The notes under the pieces were generated by a model. It did no database searches. It was not told where the DNA came from and saw only the letters and a list, made by a program, of their open reading frames with translations. A program made the translations under genes and the position numbers. DNA of 64,000 bases from Vicugna vicugna (lineage: Eukaryota): NCBI GenBank assembly GCA_013265495.1, contig MU057651.1, positions 496,001 through 560,000 of the forward strand. The letters run 5' to 3'. Shown here piece after piece: positions 13,331-23,670 of the stretch (position 1 is the stretch's first letter; every line of letters begins with the position of its first letter).

Positions 13331-13336
13331 AATAAA
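13331..13336 (+). terminator. DCX: DCX distal polyadenylation signal AATAAA
   Basis: AATAAA with upstream UGUA motifs and a downstream U-rich tract; repeat-derived DNA begins shortly after. Confidence 0.8.
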
Positions 13337-15485
13337 ATTTGATTTCAATATTTTTGGCTGACATTCTCTTTCTTTAAAGCACTGGACTGATGATTGTAGA
13401 ACCGCAAAATGTTCGACCTGGCAGGAAAGCTTAGACATTATTCTGTCCAAGCCCTTCATTTTGTAGACAAGTAAGCTGAAGCTCAGTGTGTGATGGAGAC
13501 AACATAATTAACAGCCCAGCACATTTGCAATATACAAGATCACAGATCTCCCTTCCAGAGTTGAGCAGGACTCAAATGACCTCTTTATGCTTAAGATGCT
13601 TTGGCCAAGGTCAGTCTGTGCCATCAGAAGGCACTTCTAGTATTGTGTTTTTAGAGGCCCAAGAAAGCCTCCATGTGGGTTCCTTGAAAACACCTCTGCC
13701 TGCTGCCTGCAATTTCTTTGACAGTGTGGCTGGTCTCCCTCCATAGGTTGATGGTGCAACTACTCTTTGGGTGGGATAACACCTAAATATCTTATTCACC
13801 CTCAGGCCTGAGTGGCTAATTAACTATTTTTCTCAGGTAAGGTTTTTATTAAGAGAACACAAGGTATTGAGCTCATGGAGAGGTAGATGGAGAAGGAAGG
13901 AGGAAAGTTCACAGAAAGAGGAGGCTGAGATCCTTGAAAACAGTTTGACTGACCTCACCCTGAGAGCCAATCCTGCAGTGCCCATCTGACCTGTGTTTGG
14001 AGAAGGAAAGATTCCAACATCCTTGGTATTCCCAAAGACTGAGATGATTACTAATGCTTGTTCCCACAGTATTTTATCAGCGAGTCCCATCACCATTGTG
14101 CTGGTGGAGACAAAGAAAGTATATGGGGAGGACTTCTTAGAGTTCCTTAATCCAAAGTAAAGTTCGACATAACATTCCAACTGGCCAGGCCAGTCTTCAT
14201 CCCCACTATCATCAGGCCCTTCTTCTCGCTGATTTCTCATGAGGTCACTTTCTTCCACCTTGGGCTATCCTGGTCTTCACTGCAAGTAAAATCTTTCTAA
14301 AGGATCACTTTGTGTCATTCCTCTGACCAGGAACTTATGATAGTTGTCTATTGCCCATTAGGTCTAGTCCAACTCCTTTTCATGGTTTTCAGTAAGACAT
14401 CTTGGGAGCACTAAGTGCCCCAGGTACTCTGCCAATTGCCAGGCCTTGGTCTTAGGACTTCAGGAGTTCCAGCCTAGTGAAGACAGACCTGTTACTAAAT
14501 GAGTCCAGGGCAAAGGCATGAGTACAGTAGAAACACCTGATGGAACAATTAATGTCCCAGGATGATGACAGTCAGGAAAACAGCATGTAACTGGCAGCAT
14601 CTGAGAACAGATTAAGAGCTTTCTAGGTGGCCAGTGAGTTTCCAAGCAGATGGAATAGCATGAGAAATGGCAGGAAAACCAAGGCCCTCTCTGAGAAATG
14701 GAAATTACCTGAAGTAGCAAGGTTATAAGACCTGTACACAGGGTTCTGGAGGGAAAATTCAAGTGCCTAGTCTGGAGTTATATTTTGAATGGTTTAGAGC
14801 AGTGATTCCCCAATGCCAATACAGCAGTAAATGGAAGGCTTTAATAAAATGTTCACCAGACTGTGGTGGAAAAAGAAAGCTGAGGAAATACCGTGTATTT
14901 TTTCTTATAAATAAATGTACTCCATTTAAAGGACTATCTTTTGTTTTGAGATCATATCCTTTTAACCTTTTTGTTATTAAAAATATTCTTTATTTTATGA
15001 AACATTGGTCATGGCAGAAGACACATGTGGGTTTGATTTTTAATGTCTTACCAGGGCAAAATAAAAAGTGAGTAAACCTAGGAGAGGCGTCAAATAAAAT
15101 CTATTTTTTTTCTTTTTGAATTTGGATGATCTATGAAGTCTTGAAGTTTGGCGATAACTGGTTTAGACTTTAAAAAATGGAGAAATGAAGAAACCAGTAT
15201 GAGCTGAATTATAAGAAAAAGGGTGTTTGAAGAAAGTTCAGCCTAGGAGTATTAAAACAATCTCTCTCTCTCTCTCTTTCTCTCCCCTTCCCTTCCTCCC
15301 TCTCCCTTCCTCAGTCCCTTTCCCTTTCTCATCCCTTTCCATGCCTCTCTTTTTTCTTTTTATTATTTCCTTCTTTCAATGGTCGCTTTCTTTGCTGCTG
15401 AAAGCCTCTTACACTTCAGGCCCTGTGCAAAGGCCACGGGGCTATAGAGATAAAACAGGATTTCTACCTTCAAGGTGCTCACGGT

Positions 15486-15640
15486 GCATCAGCACCACCT
15501 AGGAACTTGTCAGATATGCAATTCCTTTGGTCCCACCTCACATACACTGAAGCAGAAACTGTGGGAGTGGGGCCCAGCAACTCCTGTTTTAACAAGCCCT
15601 CCAGAGGCTTCTGAGAAGCTCTCTAGTTTGAGAACCCCTG
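15486..15640 (+). mobile_element. MER5A hAT-Charlie MITE (5'-truncated)
   Basis: gcatcagcaccacctaggaacttgtcag...ggggcccagcaa...tttaacaagccctccag...gtttgagaacccctg. Confidence 0.85.
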
Positions 15641-16929
15641 CCCTTGTGAATCCCACTTCCTTTTCACCAGGATTCAGTGAGGACCCAAGTAGCATATATG
15701 ATCTCATGGGCCATTTGAATTCGAGTTCACATCTTTCCCAGAAGAACAAAGACTCAAGAAGCTGTTAGTTCTGATCAGATCTCTGTATAGTTCGTTTTCT
15801 GAAGAAAGACTGCCTTTTCAAGCTTGAGGAAAAACTCGCGTAGGTTAAGACTTACTGAGAATGGGTCTTTGCTGCTGTTGCAAGAGTCCAGATGGGGAGA
15901 TGAAGAGACCCTGAATTAAGGCCAGAGCAGTGGTGGGAGAGAGGAGGGAGCTGTTGATATAGGTGTGGCAGGATTTGGTGCATGGGCTAGATATGTGGAT
16001 TAATGTGAAAGAATGAAAGTCTTGACTCCAGCAATTCAGTTCGAGCTTGCCCTGTCCCCAGGCCGGGTCCTCTGCTCCGGACAGCTCAGTAGCCTCCCTC
16101 TTATCCGCCTCCACCCCTGACTTGGGCCCTGGCTATGCCATGCTCATTCACACTTCTCTTTTGCTGACAGAGTCTACCCTTCTTTCTCTGCCCAGAAAAA
16201 TACCCTCTGAATGCCCTTCCACATTCTCTCCACCTGTCTAAATCTCAAATGTAGCCAAAGCCTACCAGCAACGGAACTTAAGGCATAGTTATAAGAAAAA
16301 CAAATCCGAACATGGAGAAAAACTGGCAACTTACTATCCTGAACTTTCCAGGGCAGTCCTAATCTTATGTAATTTTTTTTCCTTTTCCAAATAAAGATGA
16401 TTTGTTAAACATATAACTAAATGTGATTTCATTTTTAGACCTTTCTTTAAATTTTATATAAATACACTCAACAAATGGGAAAACATCCCTCGTCAGGCTA
16501 CACATCCTCACTGAGGGTTTGGAAAATATGATTCCCTTCCGGGAGAGGTTTTGCCCAGGTTTCCTTTTCAGCTTGTCCAGCCCCGTCTCCCTGATCACAT
16601 TGCCAGCGTGGTAGAGATGCTGCCCCCCTGTCTCTAATCCTCCCTTTTCAATACTCCAAGAGGGTCTTTCAGATTGTCTAATTATATCAAGTCTGATTGC
16701 CTCAAGGAGATAGTCTTGAGTAAGCAGGTAATTTCTCTTTGAACCCTGGAGGCTGCTGATTTTCTCCAATCAAGATGACTTGGGTTCAGTTGTTGTAATC
16801 CATCTTCCTTTCCCCCTGCCTGCACAGCCCTGGATGATTCTGAAAATACTTTACCCACTATAGAGAGGGGTAAGTCCTAGGGGTCTACATTGTGTCCCAC
16901 TATCCTCAGGAATGAGTCTGTTGCACATA

Positions 16930-17420
16930 GCATTGCAGAATGTCAAAGGTGGAAGGACCCTTATAAACCACTTGTCCAATGTTTCCCAAACTTCCACAGG
17001 GATGTGAGTCACTTGGGGTACTCGTCACAAATACAAGTTCTGGGACTTCATCCCAGTTCCACTTCATTAGGACTCCAGGAAAGTGGCCAGTGAAGCTGTA
17101 TGTTTGACAAGAGCCTCAGTGATTCTTTCATCTGGGGAGTTCTCTGCACTTCTCAAACTTTATTGTGGAGAGAATCACCTGACGATCTTGTTAAAATGCA
17201 GATTCTGATTTATAAGGTTTGTGGCAGGGCCCAGATTTTCCTGGTCCACAGACCATAGTTTAAGCAGCAAAATATTATGTTCAAACCCCTCATTGTTCAA
17301 AAGAGGAGGAAACTGAGGCCCAGAGAAGGAAAGGAAGTTGCCTACATATAAACACTTGGGTAGAGGCAGAGATGGGCTAGCACTGAGGACTCCTGACTCC
17401 TGGACCAGTGCTCTTTTCAT
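16930..17420 (-). mobile_element. MIR3 interrupted by two MER5-family MITEs (~16977-17140 and ~17146-17270)
   Basis: MIR3 end (ggaaggacccttataaaccacttgtccaa) resumes at ~17278 (aaacccctcattg...ggaaactgaggcccagaga); inserts carry MER5 phrases (gaatcacctg...ttgttaaaatgcagattctgat). Confidence 0.7.
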
Positions 17421-18219
17421 ATGACCAGGCTGCCTATCACCAGCAGGCGCTAAAAACAGCCCAGCTGCAATGGCACTGTTTCCAATCAAAGGCTAATTGG
17501 AAAAATGGTGCTTCCTGAAAGGGAAGCAGCCCTGGCTTGTCTCAGTAATGGGTGGGCATACTGGCAGGGAGAAGACAAAGGGTGGGGGAGGGGCAGAATT
17601 TATGTGTCATTTTAATTGAAGAAATGAGCCAAGGTCCCCTTACAAGGAGCCAAGGGGGTTAAGGTCACACAGTGTCCTCCTACCTCCTCCAGGAAACAAA
17701 ACAAACCAAAACAAAAAAAAAAGTAAACTAAACTAAATTCAACCAACCAACCAAACAAACAAAAACTCATCACTCAAAGCCTTGAGAAAGTACTATAATG
17801 GAGGTGCTGCAGGGGGACGGGAGAGGCCAGAGGAGGGGCAGTCTGGCTGCTGGGGTGGTGATGAAGGCTGCTAGATATTGGGGTTAGTATAATAAAGCAT
17901 TAATGATGAAGAATGAGCTAAGAATTACCGTGCCTAGAATAAATCTTTATTTTAATGGTCCCCTTCAGGCACAGGCTTCACTGAGATGAAACTTGAGCTG
18001 AGGCTTAAACAACAAGTTGGAGTTTGTTTGGTGAAAGGGGGGTGGTGAGGGGACGGCAGGGACATTCCAGCCAGGAAGACCAGTAAGCACAAAGGCAAAG
18101 GGTATGATCCATATAAATGTGTCTGGGTATCAGAAAGCCCTTTGGTGAGGTGGAGGGGCCTGGAGTGTGGAGGGTAGGGGAGTGAGTGGATGTAGCCCAC
18201 ATTGGGAAGGTCAGTCAGG

Positions 18220-18960
18220 ATTCACTCATTTGACAAACAATATAACACGCTACATGTTGGCTATTGTACTAGGCCCGAGGGGGTAAATAGACATGGCCCT
18301 CGACCCCCCAGAGCTCCAATTCTAGTTAAGGGAGACAGTAATTATAACACAGTGTGTTGAGTGCTATAACGTGAGAAAACACAAAATGTCAGGGAATCAC
18401 ATGGGGCACCTGATTCAGTCTGAGAGGGATTTAGGAGAGCCATCCCAGAGAAAGTGACATCATCACTGAGACTTACAGGTGAATAAAAATTAGCCAGAGG
18501 GAGGAAGAATGTTCTAGATTAAGGAAAAAGAATACGTGAAAAGTTTGTTGGAGCAACTGAAAGAAATCCAATATGGCTGAACTGTGGAGGACGGTGGAGG
18601 ACAGGCTGTGAGCAATGACACCAGAGAGGCAGACAGAGGCCAGAACATAGGGGGCCTGTAGGCTATATTAAGGAGTTTGAACTTTCCCTTTGAAGAGGTA
18701 TTTAAAAGTTTTAAGCAGGAGAGAGAGATGAGCAGATGAAAACTGAAGATAGTTCATTCCTGCTGCTGCTGTGTGGAGAGTGGACTGGAGGGACACAAGA
18801 GCAGAAGATAAGGAGAGCATTTGCCTGTGGCATTGATGTCCTGATCCAGGAGAGAGCTGATAACAGCCTGGACAAGGGTAGTGGTGGTTTAGAACTTGAG
18901 AAGGTGGTAAAAAACTGGTGAACTTTCAGGAGGTGGAATCCACAGGGCTCGGTGAAGGAT
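18220..18960 (-). mobile_element. L2 LINE 3' fragment
   Basis: Starts attcactcatttgacaaac (antisense L2 tail), followed by typical purine-rich antisense L2 body. Confidence 0.7.
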
Positions 18961-20673
18961 GAAGTCTGTGGGAGGGTGAGGGAGAAAAGGTTTCAGTTCC
19001 AGCTGGCTAGGAAGACCCCCCAGGCCACGGAGAGCTCAGGACCGCTGAAGGGTGTCACAAGGGAGGGCCGTCTGGGGGCCTCCTGCCGGGCAGTGGCAAC
19101 CTCTCACAGAGCCTGGGCTCTTTGGGGTCCTGGCCTAGCAGCGGCCAGGGGCCGATGAGGGACTTCTGTTCCCACCCCTCAGCGCTGTGCCGCCTCTGAG
19201 TGGACTAGCCCTGGCTGGGCAAGCTTCCTTCTGGCTGGACAGTCTGGGCCCAGAGGGAGGAACTACCAATTACCCAGCTCTCCTGAGATGCGCCAGGCAC
19301 TGCGCTCAGCACCACACACGCTCTATCCCGAACAAGGCTCAGCAAACCCCAGGACTGGGGGGAGTGCTGTCCTCATGTTACAGATGGGAAACTGGGGTTC
19401 AGAGAGGTGAAGGGACCTGTCAACAGTCACACAGCCAAGCAGGGATGGTCTGATGGTCTGTCCATTAGACCAACTTGTTTCTCAAAAAAAATTTTGATGA
19501 CCCCTACACTCAGTCCTGCCACTATGGCTGCCATAAGTGCAGAGTTTAAACTTGTCTCTGCCTGGGATGGCAGAGAGTTTGCAAGTGTATTTGAGGCTGC
19601 TGTGTTACAGCACCCAAGGGTGAAGATGCTGCAGGATGAAAATATAGATCTCACGGGCATGGAGAAAGCAGCAAGAAAGTTGTAGGGTGTTAAAGGCAGA
19701 TGGTACTTAGAATGGAGCATGTTTTCTCTAGAAGCAGCCTGGAGCTAATGGGGTAAAGACAAAGCAGTGCTTGGGACAAACATCACCAGGAGGACTGGAA
19801 TTCAAAAACAGAGTTCAAAGGACATGGAGAAATCACCTAACGAGGCCCCCAGGCATCATTCTTGCTGGGTTCTTTCTTCATTTTATCATATTTCCTTGTC
19901 TTTAAAAAATGTGGGCTGGAGTATCAAAGGGCACAATCAAAGTGTAAAAGCAACCCATAGCATGGGAGGAAAATCTTTGCAAATCATGTCTCTGATATGA
20001 GGTTAATATGTGGGATACATGAAGAACTCACAATTTGACAACAACAACAACAAAATAACCCACTTAAAATATGAGCAAAGGACTTGAATAAACATTTCTC
20101 TAAAGAAGATATACAAATGGCCAACAAGCATATGAAAAGATACTCAACATCATTAATTATCAAGGAAAAGCAAATCAAAACCACAATGAGATACCCCTTC
20201 ACACCCATTAGGATGGCTACTATTAAAAAAAAATAAGAAGTGTTGGCAAGGATGTGGAGAAATTGGAACCCTTGTGCATGGCTGCTGGGAATGTACAATG
20301 GTGCAGCCACTATGGAAAACAGTATGGCAGTTCCTCAAGAAATTAAAAATAAGACTATAATATGATTCAGTAATTCCACTTAGGGGTATACATCCAAAAG
20401 AATTCAAACCAGGGTCTCATGAGATATTTGCATGCCTATGTTCATAGCAGCATTATTAACAATAGCCAAAAGGTGGAAGCAACCCAAGTGTCCGCTGATA
20501 AGTGGATAAACAAAATGTGGCATAAACATAGAACAGAATATTATTCAGCCTTAAAAAGGAAGAAAATTCTGACACATGCTACAATATAGATGAACCGGGG
20601 GAAAGAAGTCAGTTGTAAAAAGGCAAATACTATATGATTCATCTGTATGAAATATCTAAAGTAGTCAAATTCA

Positions 20674-21780
20674 TTTGTTTATTTTTGCTTTTAAACAAAT
20701 GGAATCTAATGAAACTTAAAAGCTTTTGCACAGCTAAGGATATCATCAACAAAACGAAAAGACAACCTACAGAATGGGAGAAAATACTTGCAAATGATGC
20801 AACCGACAAGGGACTAATTTCCAAAATATACAAGTAGCTCATACACCTTAATATCAAAAAAACAAGCAACTCAATCAAAAAGTGGGCAGAAGACCTAAAT
20901 AAACATCTCTCCAAAGAAGACATCCAGATGGCCAACAAGCACATGAAAAGATGCTCAACATCACTAATTGTTAGAGAAATGCTAATCAAAACTACAATGA
21001 GATATCACCTCACACCAGTCAGAAGGGCCATTATTAAAAAGTCTACAGATGATAAATGCTGGAGAGGATGTAGAGAAAAAAGAACCCTCCTACACTGGTT
21101 GTTGGGTATGTAAATTGGTGCAGCCACTATGGAAGACAGTATGGAGGTTCCTTAAAAATCTAAAAATAGACTTACCATATGATCCAGCAATCTCAATCCA
21201 GCAATCCCACTCCAGCAATCCCACTCCATACTGGGAGAAAAATAAAATTCAAAAAGACACCTGCACCCCAATGTTCATAGCAGCACTCTTTGTAATAGCC
21301 AAAACATGGAAACAGCCTAAATGTCCATCAACAGATGACTGGATAAAGAAGTTGTGGTATATACATACAATGGAATACTACTCCACCATAAAAAAGAATA
21401 AAATAATGCCATTTGCAGCAACATGGATGGATCATTATAAGTGAAGTAAGCCAGAAAGAGAAAGAAAAATACCATATGATATTGCTTATAAGTGGAATCT
21501 AAAAAAAAAAGACACAAATGAACTTATCTACAAAACAGAAACAGACTCACAGACATAGAGGACAAGCTTATGGTTGCCAGCAGGGTAAAGGAGGTGGGAA
21601 GGGAAAAATTGGGAATTTGAAAATTATACCTCTTGGGGAATGATGGAAATGTTAAGCTATCTTGATTGTGGTAGTGGTTTCATTGGTGCATACATCTATC
21701 AAAATCCATCAAATTGTGCGTTTGAAATATGTGTAGTTTACTGTACAGTAGCCATACCACAATAAAGGTGTTAAAAAAAG
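20674..21780 (+). mobile_element. Younger lineage-specific L1, 5'-truncated, with short 5' inversion and chimeric 3' end
   Basis: ORF2 C-terminal peptides ([36 protein letters not shown]); flanked by TSD gtagtcaaattca/gtagtctaattca. Confidence 0.9.
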
Positions 21781-21950
21781 GTAGTCTAATTCACAGAAAC
21801 AGAAAGTAGCATGGTGATTACCAGGGGCTTGTAGGCAGACAGAAATGGGGAGCTATTAAGTAGGAATAGAATTTCAGTTATACAAGATAAAAATTTTCAG
21901 AGATCTATCTCACAACAATGTGAATATACTTAATACTACTGAACCAAATA

Positions 21951-22169
21951 TAGTTGACCCTTGAACAACATGAGTTTGAACTGCCTAGGTCCACTTAACA
22001 CATGGATTTTTTTTCAGTAAATACATTCTACAGTGTTATGATCCTCAGTTGGTTGAATCTGTGGGTGCATAACCGTGGGTATGGAGGGCCAACTGTAAAG
22101 TTATATGCAGATTTTCAATTGAACAGAGGGTCGGCACCCTTAATCCCTGTGTTATTCCAAGGTCAACCA
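21951..22169 (+). mobile_element. Tigger2-derived MITE (Tigger2a-like, TcMar)
   Basis: TIRs tagttgacccttgaacaac ... gttattccaaggtcaacca; TA target duplication at 21949-50 and 22170-71. Confidence 0.85.
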
Positions 22170-23545
22170 TACTTAAAAATGGTTAAGGTGGTAAATATTA
22201 TATTACGTGTCTTTTATCATAATTACAGTCTTCAAAAAATTTTAAATGTGGGCTGGAAACAATATTTTGGGGAGTTCCTTGTCTTCTGTAGAAACCTCAG
22301 CTCCACTTTCCCCTGTTTCTCTGAGCTTCCTCCAGAAGACTTTTGCAGACAATGAGAAGAGTGGGAATGCTCCTCTGACCAGGGTACTTCCAAACCTCCT
22401 CCCTCCATCCCCAGCCTGCAGAGTCCCTCCTCTTTCACTTATACCCAATGGATGTTCTTAGCCTGTTTCTAGTGTGCTCATGGAATGCGCGTTCTCAGAG
22501 GTAGTGGATGAAGGCTGTTGATGAGGAGAAAGGTGTGGACAGCTTGTTCCAGCCCCTTAAGTTATAAGGAGCTCTGCGCTTGTCCCGCAATAGCGTAGCT
22601 TTGTAGATTTCAGGCAAGCCTGTGCTTCCTCTGAAACGTTCTTTCACTGCAGGTACAAAAACACAGTAAACCGCGATCCAAAAAAAACCTGTCCACCCCT
22701 GAATGGCGCTTTGTAAGCCAGTTAATGTATAACACTTTAGAAAGCTGGGTAGGGAGCATGTTTGCTTTTCCAACAGGAACCACATCAGGGGTGTCAGATG
22801 CCAATAATCCTGGGATTCTGTGGTCGTAGGCTTTGAATCTGCAGCCAAACTTTGGCATCCAGACGTAGAGGCCAGTGATTTCCAACCTTTTCACCACCAA
22901 GGATCCCTTTTATTACTTTTTCCCCTGTGGCCCCACATTTGGAAAGATTTTTATCTAGCAAAACTACATTTATTATGGAATAATTCATTTTTCCCAATTT
23001 TTTACTCAGTGCTTCTGATCTGCATGAGATAACCACACCGAGCTCACATAATTTTAGTCAAAAGCAAAGAAACTTGATACTGTACTTAGCTCTCTGTGGC
23101 TTTGTCTTGGCTAAATGTACAATTTCTATTAGACTTTTAAAAATATTTTTAAAAAATAGCTTAGAAGCACCAGTTACTCCCTTTAGAGACCTCCAGATTG
23201 AGACCTCAAATGTTTATCAAGCCCCTACCTAGGTGCCTGATACTATGACAGGACAAGTCTAAGGTATGCTCCTTCTAGATCAAGGATCCTGGGTCAGAGG
23301 GAGTCTTTGAGGCTCATCTAAGCCAAATGTCCCTTCCCACACGGTGTACACATGGACATGTTTTTGTGTCTCTCTATGTTACTGTACTGAAATCCTCTTG
23401 AGGTAAAGGACTTTGCCCTATTTTCTCTGTATCTCTACATCTCCACCAACCTGTGCAGTGCAGTACTGGGCCCCAGCAAGTGCGAGTGGAATGAATGACA
23501 GTGAGTTCAATGCTGGGTGAATAGTTGAACTCTTGGGAATGGAAA

Positions 23546-23670
23546 CTAGAATGTGAGCTCCTTAAGGGCAGACACTATCATCTTCACATCTGCATTCCCA
23601 GGGCCGGGCACAGTGAACGGCACAGAGCGGTCACTCAACAGATGTCTGAGTGAAGGGATACCTGAGTGGA
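23546..23670 (+). mobile_element. L2 3' end
   Basis: ctagaatgtgagctccttaagggcag...ggcacagtg...cactcaacagatgtctgagtgaa. Confidence 0.75.

Larger units (their letters stand above)
4961..13350 (+). other. DCX: DCX long 3'UTR (~8.4 kb)
   Basis: Follows the DCX stop; repeat-poor AU-rich blocks; ends at AATAAA 13331-13336 followed by U-rich sequence; DCX is known to have a very long 3'UTR. Confidence 0.85.
19920..22235 (+). mobile_element. L1MB-type 3' end (host element) split by a younger L1 (20674-21780) and a Tigger MITE (21951-22169)
   Basis: ORF2 3' phrases 19920-20673; resumes at 21781 (gtagtctaattcacagaaacagaaagtag) and 22170 (tacttaaaaatggttaaggtggtaaa). Confidence 0.8.

Noticed and set aside
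14797..15165. AT-rich block with inverted termini as a novel element
   Set aside because: Termini (cagtgattcccca ... tggcgataactg) resemble degenerate hAT-Charlie TIRs; probably a known MITE that I cannot name confidently
19984..21517. Cluster of ORFs on both strands
   Set aside because: L1 ORF2 fragments and their antisense frames
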